DNA of 64,000 nucleotides from an uncultured Verrucomicrobiota bacterium (GTDB lineage Bacteria; Auribacterota; JABMQX01): NCBI GenBank assembly GCA_964482435.1, contig CAYZXL010000006.1, positions 64,661 to 128,660 of the forward strand, read 5' to 3'. Shown piece by piece: positions 55,151 to 64,000 of this stretch (position 1 is its first letter; each line of letters starts with the position of its first letter). The notes under the pieces were generated by a model. It saw only the letters and a program-made list of their open reading frames with translations, ran no database searches and was not told where the DNA came from. The position numbers and the translations under genes were made by a program.

Positions 55151-58100
55151 TCACCTTGCGGAGCTGCTGCGCGCAGCCGGGACGAGGGCGTAGAGGTCCA
55201 TGTGACTGCCAAAAGTCAGGATTTCGTTCTGCCCGTCATTGTCGGCGTCAAGAACGAGCACCCCGTTGGCCCGCCTCCCTTTAAGGTCGCCTGAAAAAAC
55301 GAGGTTCCCACCTCTGTCCATGATCAGGAGAGAGTCAACGGTCACCGCGACAATTTCCGGAATCCCGTCCCCGGATACATCTCCCCAGGCAACGCCTTGC
55401 CCTTCAGGAAACGGGATTGTCAGCAGCCGCGATCCGTCGAGCTTCTGGACGACTACTCCCTCCGACGTGCACAGGAATAGCTCCAGGTCGCCACCGCCGT
55501 CGTAATCCCCGATGTCGTATCCCTTAGGGTTAGCAGCGCAGAGAAGCTTCCCGTCGGGCGAGATGACCCGCAAGCCGTCCGCCTCGACAATGACCTCCTC
55601 TTTTCCGTCCCCGGTGCAGTCGCGGAAGTAAGCTCGCCTGACGATGCCGGTGTCCTGTTCCCACCTGGGTTTGCCATCGCTGCCGAGGAGGACAATCTTG
55701 CCGCCGGCAGCCATGAGATAGTACGTCATCCCGAGACCAACGTCCTGCTTTTCCACGACAACGAGAAATTCGTCTTTCCCGTCTTTGTCGAGGTCAAGCG
55801 GTCGCACGTCCTGCACTGCGGGAGGTGCGGGCCATCGCCCCTCCTCGCTGCTCTTTTTGTCGGGGATGCCGCCCAGGTCGTAAATCCATACGTTCTTCCC
55901 TTCCCTATCCCGAAGGAAGACCTTTCTCCTTGTGGCAATGAGCTCGTTCCCCGCCGACCGCCCGCAGGAGAATTCGATGGAGTCCGATTCCCTCGACATT
56001 CGACCGCGGTCATGCTTCGGCGTGTATTCGGCTTGAGAAACGACCTTCCCGGATGTGTCAATCCACATGCTCCGGGCTGTGCCGTAGAACTGGCGCTCGT
56101 AGGCAAATATGAGCTTATTCTCGTCTTTCTGCCGGAAGTCAACGTATCTGGCACGTGTCTTTAGCTCCCAGAGAACATGGAGGTCAGGGCTGAGGGGGCG
56201 CAGCCCATTGTCCGTTCGCGACACTATCTCCCTTCTCCCATCCCCGTTCAAATCCCAGGCATAAACCTCCCTCGCGTATAGCGAGTCGCAGGCACCTTTC
56301 CGGACGAGGCTCCAGGGTATTTCTGCTGCTGGCTGCGCGGCCCGAGAACCGAGCTTTTTCGCGCACACCTCTTTGACGGTAACTGTTGGCTTGTCGGACG
56401 TATGGAGACGGAGGGTAAGGTCCGTGAAGACTTTCGCGTCGGGAAATCTCTCAAGGAGATTAGTGAATAACTGCCGTGCTTCGTCATTATTTGCGATTTC
56501 CTCGCAGAGCAGCGCGAGATAGGTCATGGACTGCGGATCGAGCCTGTCGAAAGACGCGCGCCGGAAGGCGGCAAGTGCTTCCTTCTTCTGGCCCATGCCG
56601 TAACGGGCAAAACCTCGAACAATGTCAGCCTGCCGCCAGCCGCTTTCCTCGCACGCCTCGATCGCCTCCTTGAAGCGGCCGAGCTTCACAAGGGCGCAGG
56701 CCTGTATGATGTTCCCGGTTCTTCGGCGCGGGCGGAACGGCAGCTCGTACTTCTCGAACAACTCGAGGGCCCTTTCATACATCCCGAGCCGATAATACGC
56801 CCCGGCAGCAGCCCACATCGCGTCAACAACGTCCTGCCGAGTCGCACCGCCTCCGGAGCCCGGCTTCTGGGCTTGCGATTCCATCTTCTCGTACTCGGCG
56901 ACAACGGCCCGGTCATTTCCGGTTTCGGCAAGAGCGTAGATCAACTGCCGGCGCGCCTCTCTCACCGCGGCCAGGTCTTTCGACTCCATGACCTTGCGCA
57001 AAGCGTTCACTCTCTCCTGCCCCCTCAGCTTGTCAGCGAGGATTTCCACCGCCCGCGGACCCTGCGGAGATGCCAGGAATTCCCGGAGACTCTGCTTGAG
57101 CGCGGCGGCATTCAGGGATGGCTCGCTGCGGCTGGAGCGGGTCACGCGACATACCGACCCCACCAGGACGCCGGGCCCCGCGCTTGACGGGTAATCCATC
57201 AGGCGGTAACGCACCTCATCCCACCAAATAGGATTTTTCGAGAAAACCATCGTCATTTCTTCGCCGCAGTGGCTCAGGCGCACCTCTGCTTTCCCGTCTT
57301 TGGTGGAGCATTCCTGAACGATTCGGTGATTGCCAACTCTGTGGCACGTTTTCCCTAACCTCAGCGGGAAGCAAGGAAGATGGAACGGCGCGCGACCGCC
57401 CGTGCCTCGCACGCGGTAGGGATCGAACGGAAAGCGCCCGCCGAGGCTCGCTTCGACGAAGTTGGAGCTTTCCTGGTCAAGGTAGAGGATGACGTCGGGC
57501 GTGCCGCCGGAAGGGTCAATCACCTGGCGGAGTGAATGGCAGAGCTTTCCACCCTTTTGCTCTGGCGATTCCACGCACGCAAACAGCCGCTGCTGGCGGA
57601 TAGCCCCCGCGAAATATCCCCTCATGGCCGCCGCGTCCGAGTCAATGGGGCCGAGGCTGTCAACTTCCATCTCCCAGCAGTCTCCCTCTTTCCAGTGCGG
57701 CGTATATTCAGGCAGTGGTTCTCCTTCAGGACGTTTCAAATGAGGAGCTTTGTCCACGATTTCCGCCAGCAACTTCTCCTCCTCGCCGAGCGGATTGCAG
57801 TCCATGTGAGTGAACTCGAAGAGGCACTTCCGGAGCTTTTCCGCCGCCTCGTCGAGGCGCCCCGCCTCAAAATCCTCGGTCGCAAGGGCGGACAGGGCAC
57901 TGTAGGCCTGGCCATAGCGCGGATATTCCTGAATGATTTGCTTGCGGAAGGAGGAAGCTTCCTGCGGATTGGTCTTCGTAACGAGATTCGCCACCTTAAG
58001 CATGGCCCAGGGACGCTCTACGGTTTCCCGAGGCAGCTTGACGATTGCACGGCAGTATTTCTCTTTCTCGGCGTTTGTGAGGTCGCGTGCTATCTCGGTT

Positions 58101-58435
58101 ACGACATGGGCAAAGTGCTTCCCGTCCGGGAACTGCTCCAGGTATGCCCGGAAGAGGTTTTTCCCCTCCGCCTTTTCTGCGTCGGCCCGGTAGTATTGGG
58201 TAAGCTGCGTAGCCTTTGCGTACAGGACTTCCCCGGCGGCTGGCTTCCCCCGAAACCTCTCCATTGCGGCGTCGAGGATTCTGAACCCCTCCTCGTTCTC
58301 GCCAATGACGAAACACCCCTCTGCCCGGTTGATCAATTCCTCGACTTGTTTTCCCTCTTCCGATGGCTGACCGATGCACGCAACGGCAACGAGAAGGCCA
58401 AGGATAGTCAGCATCAGCTTTATGAGGCACCTCAT
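55151..58435 (-). CDS. lipoprotein with an N-terminal TPR-repeat region and a C-terminal FG-GAP / beta-propeller region
   Basis: The signal is MRCLIKLMLTILGLLVAVAC. TPR-like helical repeats are present. FG-GAP-like motifs include DLNGDGRREIV, DLDKDGKDEFLVV, DCTGDGKEEVIV, DVSGDGIPEIVAV and DADNDGQNEILTF. Confidence 0.7.
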   Translation of the reverse strand: MRCLIKLMLTILGLLVAVACIGQPSEEGKQVEELINRAEGCFVIGENEEGFRILDAAMERFRGKPAAGEVLYAKATQLTQYYRADAEKAEGKNLFRAYLEQFPDGKHFAHVVTEIARDLTNAEKEKYCRAIVKLPRETVERPWAMLKVANLVTKTNPQEASSFRKQIIQEYPRYGQAYSALSALATEDFEAGRLDEAAEKLRKCLFEFTHMDCNPLGEEEKLLAEIVDKAPHLKRPEGEPLPEYTPHWKEGDCWEMEVDSLGPIDSDAAAMRGYFAGAIRQQRLFACVESPEQKGGKLCHSLRQVIDPSGGTPDVILYLDQESSNFVEASLGGRFPFDPYRVRGTGGRAPFHLPCFPLRLGKTCHRVGNHRIVQECSTKDGKAEVRLSHCGEEMTMVFSKNPIWWDEVRYRLMDYPSSAGPGVLVGSVCRVTRSSRSEPSLNAAALKQSLREFLASPQGPRAVEILADKLRGQERVNALRKVMESKDLAAVREARRQLIYALAETGNDRAVVAEYEKMESQAQKPGSGGGATRQDVVDAMWAAAGAYYRLGMYERALELFEKYELPFRPRRRTGNIIQACALVKLGRFKEAIEACEESGWRQADIVRGFARYGMGQKKEALAAFRRASFDRLDPQSMTYLALLCEEIANNDEARQLFTNLLERFPDAKVFTDLTLRLHTSDKPTVTVKEVCAKKLGSRAAQPAAEIPWSLVRKGACDSLYAREVYAWDLNGDGRREIVSRTDNGLRPLSPDLHVLWELKTRARYVDFRQKDENKLIFAYERQFYGTARSMWIDTSGKVVSQAEYTPKHDRGRMSRESDSIEFSCGRSAGNELIATRRKVFLRDREGKNVWIYDLGGIPDKKSSEEGRWPAPPAVQDVRPLDLDKDGKDEFLVVVEKQDVGLGMTYYLMAAGGKIVLLGSDGKPRWEQDTGIVRRAYFRDCTGDGKEEVIVEADGLRVISPDGKLLCAANPKGYDIGDYDGGGDLELFLCTSEGVVVQKLDGSRLLTIPFPEGQGVAWGDVSGDGIPEIVAVTVDSLLIMDRGGNLVFSGDLKGRRANGVLVLDADNDGQNEILTFGSHMDLYALVPAARSSSAR

Positions 58436-59041
58436 CGTGCTGTCCTCCTCTCAAGATACGGCAGTGCAATCGTGGCACGGACGTCCCGCCCGTGGAAGAT
58501 CATGGGCAAGATGCCCATGCCACGTGGGCCGCCGCGGTCTCCGGCCCATCGTGCGCGCCCGCCCCGCAGAGAGACGGGGGGCTACAAGGCCGGTTCGCAT
58601 GCCAGGCGACGCGCGAGCGCCATTTTCGGGCAGACTGGGGGCGCGAGGGTCCTCACCGAGATTGTGCCTTCCACTGACGTGTCAGGCCGTGGGCTATCAG
58701 GGCATGTGGCTTTTCGGCCGGTCCTCCGGGCGCATACGCCCCCCCTGTGATAGACTCCGCCGAAATGGGAACGTTCCGCGGATTTTCGCTCTCGGCCCGA
58801 GCAAACCAGAAACCTGCTTCACGACGAGGGTGCAAACCCGGCCAGCCCCTCCTCGAATGTCTTCGCCGACTTCTCGGCAATCCTTGGCATCATGCCGGAA
58901 GCAGCAATTTCCCGCCTCCTAAAAGTCCCCTCGCGTGAGCGGAAGCGACAGCCCGGATACTCGATCCTGGCTCTGGCTACACGAACTCATTGATTCGGCG
59001 GAGGATGGCCCCGCGGCGCGAGGGCCACACCAGGGTGGCAG

Positions 59042-62000
59042 TCACGGTGACTCCGTTGTGCGCGGTCTCCTCAGTATCCAGAACGACTCGCCAGCACTGA
59101 GCGTCATCGCCGAAAAATCGTCCGCCTCGTCATCCCACCATTTCCCATCGTACCCTTCGCCTAAACCGTCGAGGAGGTACGCCGATGCGTAGCTTTGAGT
59201 GCTTGCGTTCCATTTCCAGAGCATGTCAGCTTCTTCAGCAGTCGGCCCGCCGGCAAGCGACGCTGCAATCACATCGCCTATGCAGCCCGAACTGCCGTTG
59301 AGCCTGCTATCAGCGGGAACCAGGGGCACGGAGATCATCGTAAACCCGTCCTTGACGGGGAAGACCTTGACGAAGCCGACGGGATTGGTGTAGATGCCAG
59401 CGGATTCCACTCGATAAAATCGCTGCGTGGTTTCAGCAGCGACAATGTCCGACCACATGAGGTCAGTAATCGGCCAGGTTCCTGGAGCATTCTGCCACGG
59501 CTCGAGGACGAGGTCATTTGTCCACTGAACTGTGCATCGCCCGTCGCCAAACTGGGGCCATCGCAGCGTCACGACATCTCCGTCTCTGGTCATGATCACC
59601 CTCGGTGTGCTCCCAAACTCATACGCCCCCATGTCCACTGTTGCGTTCGCTATTCGCGGATTCCCGTCGAGGTCAACCGCATCCGACATCCAATCCTGGT
59701 TCTGGCCTGCGTCAATACAGGGCGAAGAGGCTTGAAGGCGATAGTTATTGTCGTCATATGTCTTCGGGTCGTCATCCGGCCCATCCGGGTCAACGAATTT
59801 GGGATCGTCAGCAATGTTCCCCTCTCCGCCGCCCGTCCAGCCCTGAATGCACGAGTAGCCCGGTAGGGCGGAGTTGCTCGGCTCGGAACCGCCCGCGGCC
59901 GCATTTCCCCAGATGATGCAGTTGAGGATTATCCCGCTACAGCCGCTAAGGCCGCCGCCCTCAGGAGCCGAGTTGCCGGAGATGAGGTTGTTCTGGACGG
60001 TGCCGTAACACCAGTATAAACCACCTCCGGCGTCCCCTGCGGTATTACCAGAGATGAGGTTCCCCTCGATCGTCCCGGAACAACCCGTCAGCCCTCCGCC
60101 ATAGTCGCTGGCGATGTTCCGCGAGATCCTGTTGTTCCGGATGGCGCCGTCGCAGCGACGCAGGCCCCCGCCGTCATGGCCCGCGGTGTTCCTGGAGATC
60201 GTGTTGTCCTGGATGGTGCCGCCGCAGTCGGCCAACCCTCCGCCGTCCCATCCGGCGGCGTTCTCCGAGATGGTGTTCTTCTGGATAATGCCGTTACACC
60301 TGTGCAGGCCGCCACCATAGGTGTAGGCCGAGTTTTCCGTGATTGTGTTGTTCTCGATGGTGCCGCCGCAATCATCAAGCCCCCCGGCGCCGTAGCTCTC
60401 AGCGGAGTTTCGCGAGATTGTGTTGTTCTCGATGGGACCGTCGCAGCCGCACAGCCCGCCGCCCGCCTGGTGGGCCGAGTTCGCGGTGATCCTGTTGTTC
60501 TGGATGGGCCCGTCGCACCACATCAGCCCCCCGCCTACCAGGCCGGCGGAGTTGGCGGATATGGTGTTGTCCCGGATGATGCCATCGCACTCGAAGAGCC
60601 CACCGCCCCCGACGGCAGAGGCGTTTCGCCAGACTGTGTTGTTCTGGATGGTCCCATCGCAATCGTACAGGCCACCACCAGCGTTCCTCGCCGAGTTCTC
60701 TCTAATTGTGTTGTTGCGGATGATGCCATGGCAGAAATGCAGTCCACCGCCCAAACTGGCCGAGTTGTTGGCAATAATGTTGTTCTCGATTGTGCCATCG
60801 CAGCCAAAGATAGCACCGCCCGACTCGGCGTGGTTGCCGGTGATCACATTGTTCTGAATGGGGCCCGTGCAGTCGGCCAGTCCACCACCTGACCCGCCTT
60901 CGTCGGGGCGCCCCTGGGCCGTGTTCCCCCGAATCGCGTTATTCCGGATCACCCCGGCACAGCCATATATTCCGCCGCCGTCGTAAGATACGTTTCCCTC
61001 GATTATGTTGTTCTGGATGGTGGCGTGTGTGCCATTGCCACTGACCCCGCCGCCACTGCCGCCGTTGCCGTTGCGGATCGTGAAGCCCGACAGCATGGAT
61101 TGTTCGGTCTCCGACCCCGCAAATAGGACAGCGGGGCCGAGTTGGTTTCCGTCAATGACGGTGTGCTCAATGGCATACCAGCACGCTGGATCGGTGCTCC
61201 GCAGGACGATGCTCTTGCCTTTAAAATTGATATTCTCAAGGTAGATTCCCTCAAAAACGACGATTATGTCGCAACCGGACGCGGCATCTATCCCTTCCTG
61301 GATTGTCTTGAATGCTGCTTCACAGGATAGCCCATCGCCGGATCGAGGGACCTTGCCGTCCACGTAGAGTATTAAGCAGCTGGGGTACTCGTACGCGCCC
61401 ATATCCACGATACGGTTCGCGATTCGCCGGTTACCCTCGAGGTCGGCGACCGCCTCACGTGGGACTGCCGCGTTGTCGCCAGCGTCAACACAAGGTGAGC
61501 CGGGCCGCAGATGAAGGTCGGCGCCGACCCACACATCGTCCGAAGGGTCAAAAGGTGTTCCCGAGTCCTCCCGATGCCCGATCGAAACAAATAGGGGGTC
61601 GGCGTCAATGTTGCCCATTCCCTCAAAGCCTCCCTGGATATCGCTATACGTGATCGAGGTTGCCAAGCCTTTCTCAACAGTTACCTTGCCGCCCGGATTC
61701 CCCCACACAATACAATTGCGGACGGTAAGGCTTGCGTACCAACAGTAAATTCCGCCCGGCCCGCCGTTGGCCGTGACAGTGCAGTTGGTGATTTGCGCCG
61801 TTCCGGAACCACAGCATACGCCGCCGTAGCCGTTACCGTAGATCGCGCAATTGATGATGTTCAAGGTGCTTCCGTTTTGGCTGACGATGGCGGCGCTGTC
61901 GGCGCTTGTGATCGTGCAGCGGTCAAGTGTCAGCCTGCTGGCGTCGCACCAAATGGCCTCGTACACACTGTCAGTGAAGCTGCAACCGGTGATCGCAGCG

Positions 62001-62809
62001 GAGCTGTCGCTGAGGAAGATTCCGGCTCCCATTCCTCCCAGAGCCCGGTTGCCGGTGAAGGTGCAGCCTGTGATCGTCAGGCTGCTCCCCTCGAAGCAGG
62101 CGATGCCGCCGCCAACGGACTCATCAGAAGTGCCACCGATTGTGCAGTTGGTGATGGTCAGGCTGCTGTTGCGGCAGTAGATGCTGCCGCCGTCAAAGTA
62201 GGCAAAGTTGCTAATAATGCAGTTGGTGATCGTCGCGCTGATGCCTTCGCAAAACATCCCGCCGCCGCCATGGGAAGACCCTCCTGCAAAGTTGCCCGTT
62301 ATTGTGCTGTTGCTGACGGTCCCGCCACATTGATGCAACCCCGCACCTTCCCAAGCAGCGTTTCCACTGATCGTGTTGTTCCGGATCGTGGCGCGAGTGC
62401 CATACCCGCAGATTCCCCCACCAAAATAGGCGCTGCCGTTCCGAAGAGTGAAGCCGGTCAGGACGCAGGTCTCATCCTCCGTGCCGGCGAAGGCGACAAC
62501 CGACCCTTTCTTATCTGCGTCAATAATAGTGTTGGTGACCACGCTGGTGTCGAGGGGGTCGGTGCTGGTCAAGGTAATGCACGCGCCCCGGAACGTGATG
62601 TTCTCCAGGTAAGTACCTTCGGCGACGATGACCGCGTCACGGTCCGCGGCAGCATCTATCCCCTCCTGAATCGTTTTGAAACCCGTCTCCCAGGACGTCC
62701 CGTCGCCGGACACGGCCACCGAGTCGTCCACGTACCATGTGGCCGCGGTCGCCCCCTGGCAAACCACGGGGAAAACCACAGCCGCGACTATCCTCACGAC
62801 ATCTCTCAT
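59042..62809 (-). CDS. large secreted protein with two right-handed beta-helix (PbH1) regions, an internal copy of the conserved module, and a ~120-aa C-terminal extension
   Basis: The start is the ATG at 62809, preceded by GGAGGGG (MRDVVRIVAAVVFPVVCQGATAATWYV). There are many NNTISGN…GGG beta-helix rungs. Two GEGNI(A/D)DDP…SPC(I/V)DAG…DMGAYE caps are present. The module is …VVTLRWPQFGDGRCTVQWTNDLVLEPWQNAPGTWPITDLMWSDIVAAETTQRFYRVESAG. Confidence 0.75.
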   Translation of the reverse strand: MRDVVRIVAAVVFPVVCQGATAATWYVDDSVAVSGDGTSWETGFKTIQEGIDAAADRDAVIVAEGTYLENITFRGACITLTSTDPLDTSVVTNTIIDADKKGSVVAFAGTEDETCVLTGFTLRNGSAYFGGGICGYGTRATIRNNTISGNAAWEGAGLHQCGGTVSNSTITGNFAGGSSHGGGGMFCEGISATITNCIISNFAYFDGGSIYCRNSSLTITNCTIGGTSDESVGGGIACFEGSSLTITGCTFTGNRALGGMGAGIFLSDSSAAITGCSFTDSVYEAIWCDASRLTLDRCTITSADSAAIVSQNGSTLNIINCAIYGNGYGGVCCGSGTAQITNCTVTANGGPGGIYCWYASLTVRNCIVWGNPGGKVTVEKGLATSITYSDIQGGFEGMGNIDADPLFVSIGHREDSGTPFDPSDDVWVGADLHLRPGSPCVDAGDNAAVPREAVADLEGNRRIANRIVDMGAYEYPSCLILYVDGKVPRSGDGLSCEAAFKTIQEGIDAASGCDIIVVFEGIYLENINFKGKSIVLRSTDPACWYAIEHTVIDGNQLGPAVLFAGSETEQSMLSGFTIRNGNGGSGGGVSGNGTHATIQNNIIEGNVSYDGGGIYGCAGVIRNNAIRGNTAQGRPDEGGSGGGLADCTGPIQNNVITGNHAESGGAIFGCDGTIENNIIANNSASLGGGLHFCHGIIRNNTIRENSARNAGGGLYDCDGTIQNNTVWRNASAVGGGGLFECDGIIRDNTISANSAGLVGGGLMWCDGPIQNNRITANSAHQAGGGLCGCDGPIENNTISRNSAESYGAGGLDDCGGTIENNTITENSAYTYGGGLHRCNGIIQKNTISENAAGWDGGGLADCGGTIQDNTISRNTAGHDGGGLRRCDGAIRNNRISRNIASDYGGGLTGCSGTIEGNLISGNTAGDAGGGLYWCYGTVQNNLISGNSAPEGGGLSGCSGIILNCIIWGNAAAGGSEPSNSALPGYSCIQGWTGGGEGNIADDPKFVDPDGPDDDPKTYDDNNYRLQASSPCIDAGQNQDWMSDAVDLDGNPRIANATVDMGAYEFGSTPRVIMTRDGDVVTLRWPQFGDGRCTVQWTNDLVLEPWQNAPGTWPITDLMWSDIVAAETTQRFYRVESAGIYTNPVGFVKVFPVKDGFTMISVPLVPADSRLNGSSGCIGDVIAASLAGGPTAEEADMLWKWNASTQSYASAYLLDGLGEGYDGKWWDDEADDFSAMTLSAGESFWILRRPRTTESP

Positions 62810-62923
62810 TTTTGGCCCCTCCCCTGAGGTTGTCCGCTCCTCCTTCGTTTCCCTGCGAAAAAGTGCCGCGGAGACTCCAAGCATGTTCAATTTAGCGCGC
62901 GTATGCAGGAACGTCAATATGAA

Positions 62924-63014
62924 AGGGGCGTCTCGCCCTCGGAGATCCAGGCAAGGTCCCCCGAGTCAGTCGGCAAGATGCCGGGGGTACAGCGACCTCG
63001 CGGCTATTTCAGGG
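62924..63014. repeat. partial copy (~90 bp) of the 34913-35178 element; it overlaps the stop codon of the SLT-like gene
   Basis: GGGGCGTCTCGCCCTCG…CGGCAAGATGCCGGGGGTACAGCG…CGCGGCTATTTCAGGG parallels the internal segments and terminus of the 34.9-kb element. Confidence 0.3.
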
Positions 63015-63648
63015 CCTTTCGCCGGTATCGGTCATACTTGTCGAGGACGTCCTTTATGGAACTGCGGAGGCGGGGTGGGAGAACGGGGTTACGGTAATTG
63101 TCGGTGGCTTCACGGACGCTTCTTTCGGTGAGGCAATAAGCCGCCACGAGCAAGGGGGTCACGTCCCTGACACTGTTTTTGGTGGCTTCTTCGATTTCTT
63201 TTTTCAGCTTGGCGAGATACCACGCGCCGATTTCTGCGTTGTCTTTCGGATGCCACAGTCCCGGGACAAGCCGCATGCGGCATATATTACACACTCCCCG
63301 AACGGGATATACGATTCCCTTGTGGGGGGGATATTCTTTGTTTATGCAGACGTAGCCGAACTCGTAATCGGGGTTCTTCTTCTTGACCTCTGCCTTGTAC
63401 TCGCCAACTCCCTCCTGAGGCACCTGAAGGAGTCCAACTTCCCCGTTCTCCCCCATCGTGTAGTAGTTGAAACGCCCCCTTGCGTCCGCGACAGCTTTCA
63501 GAAGGGCGAAAGGCAGCCCGTACTTGACTGCCTTCTCCACTAAGAGGCCGTCGTAGCGGTGCGTTCTCCAGTTGTCGTAGGTGAAAAACGAACCGATGGA
63601 GAACGCGACTATCAGCACGGACAGCGATATGAGAACAGCCAAACGCAT
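63004..63648 (-). CDS. membrane-anchored lytic-transglycosylase (SLT-domain)-like protein in which the catalytic Glu-Ser motif is replaced and which carries a Cys-containing insertion
   Basis: The signal anchor is MRLAVLISLSVLIVAFSIGSFF. The SLT-like block is …KYGLPFALLKAVADARGRFNYYTMGENGEVGLLQV…. This aligns to AIAxQESxFNP…GAxGLMQ with ES replaced by RG. The insertion is …CINKEYPPHKGIVYPVRGVCNICRMR…. Confidence 0.55.
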   Translation of the reverse strand: MRLAVLISLSVLIVAFSIGSFFTYDNWRTHRYDGLLVEKAVKYGLPFALLKAVADARGRFNYYTMGENGEVGLLQVPQEGVGEYKAEVKKKNPDYEFGYVCINKEYPPHKGIVYPVRGVCNICRMRLVPGLWHPKDNAEIGAWYLAKLKKEIEEATKNSVRDVTPLLVAAYCLTERSVREATDNYRNPVLPPRLRSSIKDVLDKYDRYRRKALK

Positions 63649-63698
63649 CGGAACGATTCCCCCCGCCTTTTCGGCTCATTTCCGGGGATGGTACGAGT

Positions 63699-64000
63699 TC
63701 AATTCTTTGCGCTTTCGGCAGCGGGTTCGTCCTGCGGCGGGCGAATCCACCTGCCCGTTTTCGTAAACTCCCAGAGCATCGCCAGGAGCGTGGTCTCGTC
63801 GGGCGCCTCAAGAGCGAGAGCCCCTTTGTCCGCCCAACCTAACCACATGACGACGCCATCCGCCACAAGGGAACTGTAATCCTTCCCCTCGACGGTCCGG
63901 AATTTTTTTCCCTTGCACTTGCCTTTCATCACCTCTGTGTAACACGAGACGAATTCCTCCCTGTCCTTCTCGGTGTCCCATGCCGTGACCCAGGCGAGAA
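63699..64000 (-). CDS. 3' part of a gene that continues past the window end; hypothetical protein
   Basis: The frame is open from the window edge (…LAWVTAWDTEKDREEFVSCYTEVMKGKCKGKKFRTVEGKDYSSLVADG…) to the stop at 63699. I recognise no family. Confidence 0.3.
   Translation of the reverse strand, partial: LAWVTAWDTEKDREEFVSCYTEVMKGKCKGKKFRTVEGKDYSSLVADGVVMWLGWADKGALALEAPDETTLLAMLWEFTKTGRWIRPPQDEPAAESAKN

Noticed and set aside
57536-58750. 404-aa plus-strand ORF
   Set aside because: It is antisense to the TPR/FG-GAP gene and runs across the intergenic repeat. It has no homology.
60176-60892. 238-aa plus-strand ORF, together with the 290-aa ORF at 51638-52510 and the 344-aa ORF at 61793-62827
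   Set aside because: They are antisense to the PbH1, nusA and beta-helix genes respectively. The repetitive Gly/Val/Asp composition reflects the complement of the beta-helix repeats.

Overview
This is a high-GC (~60%) bacterial chromosomal window with three kinds of content.

(1) nt 1-4350 holds an array of three RHS (YD-repeat) C-terminal toxin cassettes in the same orientation. Each cassette re-starts inside the conserved RHS core (YYYYHYNHKGDVVALTDG…DNPYRYSTKEWDEKSGL…YYSPEIGRWTQRD). The first two cassettes are each followed by a small membrane protein that looks like an immunity gene. The third cassette is a decayed stump that runs up against the convergent smc gene. This is the typical layout of displaced or orphan polymorphic-toxin modules.

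(2) There are ordinary housekeeping loci:
- smc;
- a ribose-type sugar ABC transporter operon (binding protein, ATPase, permease) followed by a sugar-phosphate isomerase, with a Zn-dependent alcohol dehydrogenase encoded divergently;
- mnmA;
- bioB, fabG and a KAS I/II-type ketoacyl synthase that appear to form one operon;
- a large conserved cluster on the minus strand: nusA, infB, a DUF503 gene, rbfA, a DHH/NrnA phosphoesterase, truB, ribF, rpsO, pnp and a metallo-beta-lactamase-fold hydrolase. rimP is missing from the start of this cluster.

(3) There is a surface or secreted-protein island. It contains two tandem paralogous proteins of about 1,630-1,660 aa, each with an L-type-lectin-like N-terminus, PKD/Ig-like domains and a discoidin (F5/8 type C) domain. 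It also contains a 1,946-aa CotH-kinase-family protein with three lamin-tail domains and about 12 thrombospondin-type-3-like Ca-binding repeats, three right-handed beta-helix (PbH1) proteins, a TPR + FG-GAP protein, a small outer-membrane beta-barrel and an SLT-like protein. Five of the large secreted proteins share a roughly 60-aa Trp-rich C-terminal module of the form …LxW…YxVQ…L…W…W…FYRV. I cannot assign this module to a known sorting signal.

Other observations:
- The sugar-binding protein of the ABC operon is circularly permuted relative to RbsB: its C-terminal half comes first.
- There is a candidate BirA-type operator that overlaps a sigma70-like promoter upstream of bioB.
- There is a family of 9-bp TCTCTGCGK tandem repeats spread across several intergenic regions.
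- There are two other dispersed repeat families. One has about 30-bp terminal inverted repeats and looks like a MITE.
- There is a strong intrinsic terminator after the second giant gene.
- There is a hairpin plus U-tract in the nusA leader.
- There is a frameshifted remnant of a secreted metallophosphoesterase.

I recognised no tRNA, rRNA or CRISPR array in the window.
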